Source: Stramenopiles sp. TOSAG23-3 (lineage: Eukaryota). Taken from it: a stretch of 33,820 bases of DNA. The notes below the pieces were generated by a model, which did no database searches, was not told the origin of the DNA, and was given only the letters and a program-made list of their open reading frames with translations. This document shows positions 10,913 to 21,112 of this stretch, in pieces. Made by a program: the position numbers and the translations under genes. Positions within the stretch are counted from its first letter, which is position 1; every line of letters starts with the position of its first letter. Location of the stretch: contig LT642207.1 of the NCBI GenBank assembly GCA_900128585.1, forward strand, positions 1-33,820. The letters run 5' to 3'.

Positions 10913-11019
10913 TAATCATTGGTTCTATTTAAAAGTTGTATTCTAGTTCATAGTTATATAAGTGTACATAAAACTATTCAAAATAATCATCGGGTCTATT
11001 TAATGTTGTATTTTAATTC
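10913..11019 (+). repeat. Short direct repeat (~36 nt, period 71)
   Basis: taatcattggttctatttaaaagttgtattctagttc vs taatcatcgggtctatttaatgttgtattttaattc. Confidence 0.6.
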
Positions 11020-11634
11020 TTAAAAACTTGATTTTTCCAATTTCGTTTTCATAAATGGTTAAGAAAGAGGTCTCGTAAGTATAATAAAGTAGTAATATAA
11101 TCCTTATTTGCTTTTTTTCTTCTTTAATTTATTAAATTTTCTTCAAATAGCTGTGTTCAATACACTGCTCTTTAAGAAACGGGCCAAACGAAATAATTTC
11201 AAATTATATAATAATAATACCATCAAATTACATCACACAGCATTAATAAAAGTTTCCGTTAAGGAAAACACTAGCATTCTCGACGAGATTTTTTCCCCCC
11301 TTGTTTAAAGTCAAAATAGCCCTGCTGTGTCAATATATTATATACCCTAAAAATAAGAGCGTTAAATGTTTTGGCTCTCTAATAATGTACTGTAGTAAAA
11401 TAACAAAATTTACATCATTTTTTTGTCCGTATCATATTTCAAAGATACGAACTTTTAGTTGTTCCTCTATAAACAATTATAATATTTTCCTTTAAACCAC
11501 GAACGCCGCAAACTTCAAGCAACCAAGCGCATTCCTTACTTACAGCACCAGGGTTATCCGTCCAAGAGGTTCTATGAATAGTAATTCCCTGGTAATACAA
11601 AAAAGTATTTAGCCACTCTTTAAGAATTAATTCA

Positions 11635-11803
11635 CGCCTCAAAATTTCCAGCATCGTCCAATTGGGAGAATTGAAATTGTTATAATCACAAAACAGCATT
11701 TTCACTGTATTTTTTGTATAAGTACATGACTCATTTTTAAGGAGTTATAGGGGCAAAACTCAATTTTCCCAAATTGGACGATTCGTGACATTTTGAGGAG
11801 GCG
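11635..11803. repeat. Imperfect inverted repeat, arms 11635-11674 and 11760-11803
   Basis: cctcaaaatttccagcatcgtccaattgggagaattga vs tcaattttcccaaattggacgattcgtgacattttgagg. Confidence 0.7.
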
Positions 11804-12093
11804 CGTTTGAAAAAATGATGTGTTTTTTAGCTGATAGTAGTAGTACACGACAGTAACAAAACGATATATTTGACATTTTTCGTTCGTCGATAATAATACT
11901 CACACTATGCTCACACTCCATTTCTATCCAATACCTTGGTACATATTACTTTTCAACGAACAATATGATATGGGACCATCATGTGGACATTAGTTCATTT
12001 AATATTGATGAGTTGAATAAATTAAAGAGTATTGCCAACTAGCAGTCTGGGACCTTCAAAAATGTAACAATTGTGTATACCATACAAGAACAT

Positions 12094-13227
12094 ATGAGTG
12101 GCAGTACATTATCCATCGATCTCGGCTTGCATTCGATCAAAATTGGGTATGCTGGGCTAGATGAGAGCAGCTTATGGGCACCTGATCTCGTTGTCCCACT
12201 GCTGACCAAGTTTAGAAACCTTCCAGGTTGCTCTGTACTGCCTGTAATTTCTCATGGTTCTAAAATCGGCTACCATGATTGGGAAGATAAGTTAAAAATT
12301 TTGGTTCATGATTTCTGTACAGAAGATGACTCGTTGTCTATACTCTTTGCAGTGTCTGTATCTTTACCCGTGTCGGCCCAAAGTGCTTTACTTAAGCTGG
12401 CAATGGAGTCACTTGGCTGTTCCAATGTTTATTTTGCTCCTCACCCAGTGTTATCTGCTGTGGCACACGGCATGACAAATGCAACCGTTCTTGATTGTGG
12501 TCACTCGCACACAAGTTTATGTGATATACGTGATGGGGTTGTTGACCCTGGGAGTATTTGGTCTTACTCTGTGTCTGGGACACATATTACAGACTGTTTT
12601 GTCAAAGGTTTGAAAAAAGAGAATGCTCTGGAAAACAAAATGTCCTTACTGGAAGATATAAATAATTTTGAGTTTGGTGTTGAAGGGCAGATTGTAAGGA
12701 ACATTAAACAATCAACATTGTTTTTGCATAATCAGAAAGACATCCAGGCTATTCCTACAGAACAAATCAACTTTGAATTACCTGATAAGTCTTTCATTAC
12801 AGTTGGCAAATCGCGGTATAATGCACCAGAACGTTTATTTTCGAAAGAGAACATTTATGTGAGCCATAATTTTGGTGACCAGTACAGTAATAAAAAAGGA
12901 AATATTGTCGATATGTTTACGAATGCTTTGCAAAATAAAAAGAGATTAAATGCGGCAATTGATTTGGTTTTTGCAGGTGGAACAAGCATGATAAAGGGTT
13001 TTGATAAGCGATTTGGTAAGGAATTACGAAATACACTTAGTGATGCTGGATGTAAGCGCTCAATCATCAGTATCCAAACTCCTGTGCGTCGGAAACCCCG
13101 CAAGTTTTCTGCTTGGGCTGGTGGTGCAATATTAGGTGGTATGTCGACAATGTCTCCCTTATGGATAACCTCGGGAGACTACGAAGAGCTTGGTGCTGAC
13201 TCGCTTTCAAAGCGACTGTTTCACTAA
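12094..13227 (+). CDS. Divergent actin-related protein (possibly nuclear ARP4-like)
   Basis: IDLGLHSIKIGYAG, VLDCGHSHT, FELPD..I.VG..RY.APE.LF, LVFAGGTSMIKGFDKR and RKFSAWAGGAILG..W.T..DYEE.G are actin-fold motifs; first in-frame ATG at 12094. Confidence 0.9.
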   Translation: MSGSTLSIDLGLHSIKIGYAGLDESSLWAPDLVVPLLTKFRNLPGCSVLPVISHGSKIGYHDWEDKLKILVHDFCTEDDSLSILFAVSVSLPVSAQSALLKLAMESLGCSNVYFAPHPVLSAVAHGMTNATVLDCGHSHTSLCDIRDGVVDPGSIWSYSVSGTHITDCFVKGLKKENALENKMSLLEDINNFEFGVEGQIVRNIKQSTLFLHNQKDIQAIPTEQINFELPDKSFITVGKSRYNAPERLFSKENIYVSHNFGDQYSNKKGNIVDMFTNALQNKKRLNAAIDLVFAGGTSMIKGFDKRFGKELRNTLSDAGCKRSIISIQTPVRRKPRKFSAWAGGAILGGMSTMSPLWITSGDYEELGADSLSKRLFH

Positions 13228-13286
13228 ACATCTTCTCAAATTTATGGGGTAATTTTGGTTCTAACTATTCGGTCCATGCAATACAC

Positions 13287-13373
13287 TAAGTATCCCAAGT
13301 GTTACGGTTTGCCGTTGAAATAAATGCTTGTTTATACTTTATCCCTTTCAACCCCGAAATATCGGGAGCTCTC
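13287..13373 (-). pseudogene. AP2/ERF-like DNA-binding domain relic
   Basis: Reverse strand reads ESSRYFGVERDKV*TSIYFNGKP*HLGYL, matching the AP2 pattern SSxYxGV...WxAxIxxxGKxxHLGxF, with two in-frame stops. Confidence 0.6.
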
Positions 13374-13928
13374 GAGCTTTCACAGTTGTTCCATACGCTC
13401 GTACATCGCGCGTGCCTGTGCGGTCTCCTTAGTAAGCACAAACGGCTCCGATAAGAATAGACTATACTCTAAGGGGCTTGAATCATCGCATGGAAAACAG
13501 AACACTACTTTTTGCAGAATCTTATATCATCTCGCTTAAAAAAGAATTAAGGAAACATCAATTTAATTTCCTGGCCTCTCAGAATTTGTTGTTTTAGCTG
13601 CGGTCTGCGGTATAACGTACACGCACTCGCTGTGGCTTCGGCTCTAAACTACTTCGTAGTATTTTAGTCGTCTAGAATATTTTATCCCATGATTGTGGCA
13701 CTTACATGGCCAAGATTAATAGTTGAGGGGAGATTAAGGTTCCAACCTGTTTTGTAAAACATATCAATCATAAAATACCAAACAGGCCTTAGGGGACCTG
13801 GTAAACAAGCCCATGCAATTCGAGTTTAACTACAGCTGACAATAAATTGTACAAATAAAAACACGACATGCCAGAAGTGAGCTCATAGATTTAAAAAACA
13901 AATTATGTAGTATGCTCATATATTTAAT

Positions 13929-14547
13929 AAAACAAGAAAATTGGCTGTTATTTAAGTAATTAAATTTAGCTTCGTCGTACCCTAATCCTAACTTGGTTCT
14001 GTATTTTTTTTTAAAGATTTAATAAAAACAAGAAAAATTGGCTGTTGTTATTTAATAATCGTAAAAAAAAGAGTATAAACAGCCAATTTTCTTGTTTTTA
14101 AGAGTATAACCAGGAGATGCGATATGATAATAAGTACATTAAATAACAGCCAATTTTCTTGTTTTTAGTATCATTAAAACAAGAAAATTGGCTGTTATTT
14201 AAGTAATTAAAATTTATGTACTGCTTCAGTAAATAATTAAGTATATTCGACCCTCTCCCGACACCTCAACTCACAAACGATAATTCCCTGACTGGTTCAC
14301 AAGACAGACGACGAGCACCTTTTAAACATTCACGCCGCTGCTTGGTAAACCGCACAAGGAATGATCCACATATATGAGTGAGACATCGGATGAGGAAGTT
14401 GATTATGGGTCTCCTGACATCGACGCAATTCCACACACTGATTCGGATCATGCATGGGTGTATTGATTTACTAAAATCACAACAGCAAAGATCAGTTCTT
14501 AGTACATTAATTTTAATTACTTTAATAACAGCCAATTTTTCGTTTTT
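13929..14547. repeat. Cluster of six copies of AAAACAAGAAAATTGGCTGTT(ATTTAAGTAATTAAAATT)
   Basis: Copies at 13929(+), 14024(+), 14078-14099(-), 14139-14166(-), 14176-14224(+), 14501-14547(-). Confidence 0.9.
14248..14465 (+). mobile_element. Short 3' tail fragment of the CRE-like element
   Basis: Colinear with 18282-18495 (ctcccga.acc.ca.c.cacaaa, acaagaca, tatgagtgag.catcgga.gaggaagttga.ta.ggg, gattcggatcatg); encodes MSETSDEEVDYG from ATG 14374. Confidence 0.75.
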
Positions 14548-14570
14548 AATTAAGTATACCCTATATCAAA

Positions 14571-14695
14571 ATAATGAAATGACTATTCGGGACGCCTGGC
14601 AGGGGCCTATTTCTATAATTTACCTAATTGTCGGTAGAATGAGCCGCTCGGTAGAGATTGTAAGCATTCACATATAGACACAGGATCCCTCGCTG
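14571..14695 (+). repeat. Third copy of the 1641-1946 repeat family
   Basis: ataatgaaatgactattcgggacgcctggcaggggcctatttctataatttacctaattgtcg matches both arms at 1641-1957. Confidence 0.8.
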
Positions 14696-14742
14696 TGCTG
14701 TACGGTATCTGGTATTATACCGATCCGGCTGAATGATAGATA

Positions 14743-15167
14743 TTGCACTTTTCGCAGTTTTTTGGGGGGTGGGTACGAGAGCGTGTGTGTGAAAATTCAC
14801 GAAAAAATAGATATTACTTCGATGCTGTTATTATGTCAAATATAATTAACATTGAAATAACAAAGAAAACGATATACATATATTTAATTCCTTAATTTAC
14901 GCTTGATAGGCGACAACAAAACCATCGATTTTCAGATTTTCAAAACATTTTTTGAATACTAATTAGCATTGTTGGAACACAATTTACTGCAAATAATTGA
15001 ACGAAGAAGAAAACAATTAAGGAAATATGTACTAAATATTATTAAATAGTGTTATTTAAATGTTAATTATATTTAACATAATAACAGCATTAAATTAATA
15101 TCTATTTTTTCGTGAATTTTCACACACACGCTCCCCCCCCCCTGTTCACTAACTGCGAAAAGTACAA
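14743..15167. repeat. Foldback (MITE-like), arms ~14743-14897 and ~15014-15167
   Basis: Perfect 38-bp core gagcgtgtgtgtgaaaattcacgaaaaaatagatatta (14779-14816 / 15096-15133) within longer imperfect arms. Confidence 0.88.
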
Positions 15168-15474
15168 AAACTCCCACACTCATCACGCTGGAAGTTTGTG
15201 GTGTAAGTACGAAAACCAATAATCAATAATGGCCTATGCAGGTGTGATAATGAATATAATGGACAATGATGACTTCTTCTGCTCTCTAAGAGCTGTAAGA
15301 CGACAGTGTAATAAATAAATGTATATATGCGAGGGAGGTACTCATAAACTTGTTGGCAAAATAGTAAGAGCGGTCAATTTGCATCTAGAGTTACTTCAAG
15401 AACGCGGGGGAAGCCAAAATTGCTATCGGTAACTTTTGGTAGCGTCTGTCATATTAGAAGATGAAATAGTTCTT

Positions 15475-17010
15475 ATGCCAAGTCGTGCTCTTTCTTTTAA
15501 GGGGGCTATCGGTGACTCTGAAGGAGAGGGATGTGTGTGCGTTCAAATCGTTGAACCAAAAACTTATGGGAGCCGCCATCAGCGAGCGAAGCAAAAACGA
15601 ATAGCACTACATTTTCTTAGCAATATTAAGACGACAGGGGGTGAGCGCAAGGAAAGTGACACCAGCTGGAATTTACAAGCGGATAGCCATTCATGTGAAG
15701 ATCAAATACTCTTACCGTCCCCAGAACTAATTCTAGCGGAAGGAAATAAAGAAGTTGACCAAATAAGTATACGCCTTAGAGGAAGGAAATACAAGTTTAT
15801 TAACCAACCTCATTTTAAAGAGGAGTGGTACAAAACTCTTTGGGAAAGAAAAATTACAAATATTGGTTTGCTTACTGCGAAGTCGTTTATGTCGTTTCGA
15901 AAGAGTTATCCAACGCTATGCTACTCAATTACTCCTTATCGCCGTGTCTTGCAAACGGACAAAACTTCTGGCATAATAAATTCGTTTCAGACTGTGAAAC
16001 AAACAAAAAAGCATTGCAAGTTCAATTCGTTATGGAAGGAAAATTCCTACGGTTATTTATTATTTGCTGCGTGGGGAAATGACAGCGATTCCTTGCGTAA
16101 AATAAACGCATTAATTCAAAATCCATCATCGGTAAAAAATATTTTTAACAAAAAGATGATTCTCTGGCTAAGGAACTGGTCCTTGAAATGGAAGAAGGAA
16201 AGAATCTTACAGCGTAAAATTGACCGTAAATACCATGCATATTATGTCGATGATCCAAGACTATCCCAAGGTACCCACAAAACTGTTATAACAAGCATAA
16301 ATCCTATGTATACATTTTCTGTTTTGAGATATGCAAACCACGAGACCCTTAAGAATGAACTAAATGACGAATACCGTAAATTGCACCCTTGGATCCCGTT
16401 TTCATTAACTCTAAGTAAAATTCGAAACTTAAAAAGGGAAGCGCTGGAGTACTGGTTTAAACACGGGCTTGAAATATCAACGTTGGCTCTTGCCATTGTT
16501 TATTTTGAAAAGTTAATTGTGAAACAAATTGTTTTTAAGGAGAATCGTAAGTTAAAATTTGCAGTTTGCTTACTTCTGGCCTTCAAATTTAATGAAGCCT
16601 ACAACCACAGTTATCGGGAGAATTGCTGCGATGGCGATTATTCTAATTCGCTAATTAATATGAGTAGCAGTGAAGACGACGACGATAAAATAGCTATTAA
16701 TAGTTTGAAAACCAAAAGAGAGAAAAGGAAAGTCCGGTCTTGTGGCAGTACAGTGTATAATTATGTACAACAATTGTTTGGAATAAGCCAAAAAGAGTTG
16801 GTGAAAAACGAAATGGTGGTGCTTGTTGAGTTGTCTTTTGGATTATTTGTGAAACACCGCGATATAATTATTCACTTCACACGATTATTGGGGGTCTTAG
16901 CATTGAGACCTAGGGAATATTTGGGAGAAAAAAATTACGCGCTTCACTGCATGGGCGATAGCACGGATAGGAGAAGTACTGAAGATCGAAAGGTTGCCAA
17001 CTCAGTGTAA
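15475..17010 (+). CDS. CABLES: CABLES-like (CDK5 and ABL1 enzyme substrate) cyclin-box protein
   Basis: N-terminal ALHFLSNI, then VDDPRLSQGTHKTVI, LKNELNDEYRKLHPWI, LTLSKIRNLK, TLALAIVYFEKL, KENRKLKFAVCLLLAFKFNE, EMVVLVELSFGL; first ATG 15475 (the ORF track starts at a TTG). Confidence 0.88.
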   Translation: MPSRALSFKGAIGDSEGEGCVCVQIVEPKTYGSRHQRAKQKRIALHFLSNIKTTGGERKESDTSWNLQADSHSCEDQILLPSPELILAEGNKEVDQISIRLRGRKYKFINQPHFKEEWYKTLWERKITNIGLLTAKSFMSFRKSYPTLCYSITPYRRVLQTDKTSGIINSFQTVKQTKKHCKFNSLWKENSYGYLLFAAWGNDSDSLRKINALIQNPSSVKNIFNKKMILWLRNWSLKWKKERILQRKIDRKYHAYYVDDPRLSQGTHKTVITSINPMYTFSVLRYANHETLKNELNDEYRKLHPWIPFSLTLSKIRNLKREALEYWFKHGLEISTLALAIVYFEKLIVKQIVFKENRKLKFAVCLLLAFKFNEAYNHSYRENCCDGDYSNSLINMSSSEDDDDKIAINSLKTKREKRKVRSCGSTVYNYVQQLFGISQKELVKNEMVVLVELSFGLFVKHRDIIIHFTRLLGVLALRPREYLGEKNYALHCMGDSTDRRSTEDRKVANSV

Positions 17011-17392
17011 GAGGCTTTTTATCTTTCGGGTTATGAGGAAAGACGACAGCTGAAACGTGCATAAAAAACACCTCTCACTAATTAAGTTTTTCAAAACCAA
17101 AGTTTCTCTCTGTGCTTATTCATTTTGAATGCAACAGGAACATCGCCCTGTTTGCTGCTAAGTGCAACTTGTCAATTGGAATCTAGGTTCCAATTAAATT
17201 CATTTTCAGTGCGCATAGGAGTGCCATTGTCATCATTCTCACTATATCCATCTAGTTCAGCCTCCGCCGACTTTTGAATTATCGAAGGAAGATACGCGTG
17301 TAAATTTACTTCGGCGTATTCTTGGACCCACTGCCTACTGCATTCTCCAATCTACCACCCCAATTATTTAAGAAAAAAACATATTAGGTTTA

Positions 17393-18519
17393 AAATACGC
17401 GCAAGCATGGAATGATTTCAGAGAGAACGATGACAACGCGGGAGCGCTTAACATCTTGAGACACCTGGACCCTGCCCGTGATGGCGCCCCCAAAATAGCG
17501 TTTTTTTGGGATGTGCCTCAGTGGGGCTTTCTCAGGGGGGGAACAAGCCCTCTTCTACCACCTTGCGGCAATAAAGTCCCCAACCCCGATCACCGCCGGT
17601 AGCCTCAGCTACCTAGCAGCACGCCAGAGATGGCCAGCTTGGTGGATGCGAATCTTCCAGCGGAACATACTCAACTTGGTCGCCAAGTCCATAGAATCAG
17701 GCATCCGGATCTTCAACGCCTTAGCCCCAACAGCCCTGCCAATGGAGTACGCCGCCGAAGTAGCCGACACCGTGCCCCTCATTCGGCACCCCCAAGGCTT
17801 GGACCCCGACAGCTCGGAGTCCGAGACGGAACCGCAAAGCTCGGGGGACGAGCAATCCAGTAGTGAGCACTCCAGTAATGCCCCGACTCTAATTGTGTCA
17901 CTCTCGGACGACGACACCGAAGTACAATCCTCAATAAAATCCAGTAGTGAGCACTCCAGTAATGCCCCGACTCTAATAGTGTCACCCTCAGATGACGACA
18001 CAGGAGTACAATCCTCAATGCAATCTGCAGATGACAGGACGCCGGGCAGGCGCCTACGCCCTAGTAGACGACGACGATGCTCACGCCCAATCGCTACCCT
18101 CGGATTCATCGACCCTATCGGTGTCATCATCGGACGAAGCGGACGGGGGGGAGGAGTAAAGGGACCAGAACATCGCCAGCAGGACGAGATACCAACTAGC
18201 CCGCCGAAGCACCACAACCTCAGCATTGCACACAAAATCTTCACCATCGCAACAGAACTCACAAATGCCGATTACGAATACCGACCCCCTCCCGATACCC
18301 CAGCCCACAAATGACAAGTCCTTGACTGATTTACAAGACATATAATGAGCATCTCTAAAACCTTCATGCTGCTGCTTGGATAATCACACAAGGATTGTTT
18401 CATCTATGAGTGAGGCATCGGACGAGGAAGTTGACTACGGGCCATTTGAAATCGTCGCAAATCCAAACACCGATTCGGATCATGGATGGAGTACATCAGG
18501 GAATGATAGTCTAGACTAA
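17393..18519 (+). mobile_element. 5'-truncated, degenerate CRE-like non-LTR retrotransposon (putative endonuclease C-terminal part plus low-complexity tail)
   Basis: GC-rich block. KYAQAW...KIAFF|GMCLSGAFSGGEQALFYHLAA...RIFQRNILNLVAKS (one extra T in the T7 run at 17501-17507) resembles the post-KY part of restriction-like endonucleases of CRE/R2-type elements. An S/D/P-rich tail follows, ending MSEASDEEVDYG...SLD*. The catalytic PD-D and zinc knuckle are not visible. Confidence 0.7.
17854..18019 (+). repeat. 84-nt in-frame tandem duplication within the element tail
   Basis: aatccagtagtgagcactccagtaatgccccgactctaat.gtgtcac..tc.ga.gacgacac..gagtacaatcctcaat twice (SSSEHSSNAPTLIVSxSDDDTxVQSS). 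Confidence 0.92.
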
Positions 18520-18650
18520 GTGACAAGAGTAAATCAATAAGGATAATCACAGGAGCAGGGATAAGTTCGCAGTACATGAAGGAAAGTAAACCTTAAATGG
18601 ACAAAATGATCAGATTCAATTTCGCGGTACTGAAGGAGATCATTAATTTT

Positions 18651-18706
18651 AAAACAAGAAAATTGGCTGTTATTTAGGTAATTAAAATTAATGTACTGCG
18701 AACTGA
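18651..18706 (+). repeat. Solo copy of the AAAACAAGAAAATTGGCTGTT motif
   Basis: aaaacaagaaaattggctgttatttaggtaattaaaattaatgtactgc is nearly identical to 14176-14224. Confidence 0.88.
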
Positions 18707-18789
18707 AATCTACTAAAATCATGCAGGCCTTGAGAAGGCTTTACTGCAAGAATTGGTGCTGCCGCTGTGATAATATTTCCACCAGCCAA

Positions 18790-18903
18790 TAGTAACTGAC
18801 AGGAAAGTGATGTTTGCGGGCCCCTGGTTAGATTGCGCTTTGTTCAAGAACTTGTGCCGATGACCTCTTTTGGGATCTGAATTCAATTCGATTCCCAGCA
18901 ATT
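18790..18903 (-). repeat. Dispersed repeat, partner at 6628-6737
   Basis: Reverse complement shares ttcttgaacaaagcgca, aggggccc and flanking blocks with 6628-6737. Confidence 0.7.
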
Positions 18904-18962
18904 TTTATAATTTAGATTAACTGAACTAGGTTCCTTTTCTTACTGCCAGTATTTGTAATCCT

Positions 18963-19480
18963 TTATTTGACTCCATCTTCTCCATAGCTGACTTCTTCGT
19001 CGTCCTTTGTATCCCTCATATCTGAATCGGAATTTGTGTGTTTTTTAGAACAGCCGTTTGTAATTGTTTTTCAAGATGCTCGTTTTCTGTTCGATACATC
19101 ACTCAAGGCATGATCAATAGTGGAATCAAACTGTGCAAGAGTGTCGGTCGGACTAGTGGTCAAAGCCATCGTCGAGGGGCAATGATGGTGGGATGTAGGC
19201 GCGATATGCGGTGGTGTAATTGCATTGTCCTTCCCTGGTTCTATGATTTTGGTCGGCCGGGCCTTTTTCCTTCTGCCGTGAGTATTCTTCTGCAGCTGCG
19301 TGGTCATCTCATCGCGGCTCGTCGTATTCAGGACTTTCCCGTTCCGTCACAGCTCGGGGTCCTGGTGGCGCCGACTCTTCTTGTGAGCTTTGCGGTTCTG
19401 ATTCTGCTGCCGGGCTGTGCGTTTCCATCTCGTCTTCTGAAGTTTACACTACCACCAATCCGCTGTGATCCGCAGGACAT
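18963..19480 (-). mobile_element. Degenerate 3' tail of the CRE-like element
   Basis: gaaccgcaaagctc (EPQSS) is shared with ~17829; colinear with 5070-5490; ends MRDTKDDEEVSYGEDGVK* (ATG 19019). Confidence 0.7.
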
Positions 19481-19573
19481 GTTTCTAGAAGTCGGCAATC
19501 ATTGGACACTCGTGCTAAAAGCCAATCGCTAAATGAAAAAATCACGAGTTGTTTTTCATTTTTTTATTGGAGT

Positions 19574-20431
19574 CTACTCAGATCTTTTTCTGCAAACGAA
19601 GACATGATCAAACGGAAGTGGAAAAGGGGAATCCTGAATCCAAGAACTTACTTCTTTTTCACTGGGGTACTCTGTTTCCCACGAATAACAGACTTTGTGA
19701 GTTTCTAAAACATCAAAACCATTAGAATAAAACCAAAATTCAGCTTCTTCTTTTAGAAAATGTTTTGTTACGACCCCATCACGAGGGAGACAACCAATGC
19801 ATATTTTTTGCCCCAAATTTGGAAGTTTGTAATCAATTAAAAGTTCAGCATCAATAACTTCATGTATGGGCTTAAGCTCCTTCATCCTGTAATTGCAGTA
19901 AAGGGCACTTTCTAACGATGGTAGGACAAACAAAACAATTCCTTTATCACACATGACATTCTTCACAGAATTTAGTATCCGTTGTCTAGTTCCTTGGTCG
20001 GGTGCAATTAGAACATTTGCACATACTCCAAATGATGGTGCAGTGCATTGGTTTTTGAATTTACCAAAGAGCTCATTGACGTCACAAGTCAGATCATGAA
20101 TAACTAAATTGACATTGTCCATTTGTGACGTTCGTTGTTGTGCCAATGCTGCCAAATTACCACTTAATTCACATCCATTGACAGTTTTGAACTTGGAAGA
20201 TAGATATGGCAAATAGAGCCCTGGTCCACACCCGAAATCAAAAGCTGATAATTTCAAATGGTGGCTCTCTTCGCAATGTTTTACATATTTCTGTATAACA
20301 CGCTTGATGATACCATACCTATCATCGGTTATGGAAGAGACAAATTCCTTTTCGTAGTCAATTGCCCAGCTGTTCCAATACTCAATTCCCGCCGACATTT
20401 CGCAACGGCGTGTTACGGAACCAGTAGACAT
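19574..20431 (-). CDS. Class I SAM-dependent methyltransferase
   Basis: Motif I FDFGCGPG, post-I VNGCELS, HDLT, VCANVL, GIVLFVLPS; start at ATG 20431 or 20398. Confidence 0.88.
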   Translation of the reverse strand: MSTGSVTRRCEMSAGIEYWNSWAIDYEKEFVSSITDDRYGIIKRVIQKYVKHCEESHHLKLSAFDFGCGPGLYLPYLSSKFKTVNGCELSGNLAALAQQRTSQMDNVNLVIHDLTCDVNELFGKFKNQCTAPSFGVCANVLIAPDQGTRQRILNSVKNVMCDKGIVLFVLPSLESALYCNYRMKELKPIHEVIDAELLIDYKLPNLGQKICIGCLPRDGVVTKHFLKEEAEFWFYSNGFDVLETHKVCYSWETEYPSEKEVSSWIQDSPFPLPFDHVFVCRKRSE

Positions 20432-21112
20432 CAATGAGACGCTGTTTTGGTTTACACAGTTAATGATATGTGCATGATAAGTTCATGATGAGCTTATTGC
20501 ACTTACAAATACTTCTTAGTTTCATTGTTAGCTTCTTTCCAGTAGTACATCACTTATTTGTACTGCATGTCTAATTTATTGTTCTCATTATTTGATTATT
20601 TAATAGTCCGTGTTGTTGTTAGATATTTTTTAAAATTACCATCAAGTAGTCTGTAACGTGCTGTGTGGACTGTGTGTGTTAACTGAAATATATACATCAA
20701 CAACTAATTCCATTTTCTTCACATTGTATGATCTTTTTTTATTTAATAAGGGTTTTACATTAAAATTTAATTTTACTTCTTTTTTTCTTTCTGTATATTA
20801 ATGATTTCGAAATTTCGATACAGATGGTAATCTTTAATATTTATGCGCTTTACGTCACGTCACATTTTAATTTATTTTTGAAAACATATCAAAATACATT
20901 AGAATACAAAACGAATAAAATGGCATGTTAGCAAATTTTTTTAAAAATGCGGCAAAAGAAATTAGCACTTTCTCAGCAGCGGTTACCTTCACGTATTTTT
21001 TTCGATTATGAGATTAAGGAACTATCCGTTAATCGTATTTTTAGTAACTGTCATTTTTAAATACGATATTAAATACGTCCTCTGATTTTGTAGTTAAATT
21101 ATGTCGAACAAA

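Noticed and set aside
13723-13740. ttgagggggag as a copia polypurine tract
   Set aside because: Not followed by a TG LTR start and no pol remnant recognised upstream.
13980-13993. Telomere-like ccctaatcctaac
   Set aside because: Only two imperfect units; compatible with chance.
13929-14224. CRISPR-like array
   Set aside because: The repeats occur in both orientations with irregular spacing, the context is eukaryotic, and there are no cas genes.
17609-18262. 217-aa antisense ORF
   Set aside because: Shadow of the GC-rich, repetitive retroelement tail; no recognisable motifs.
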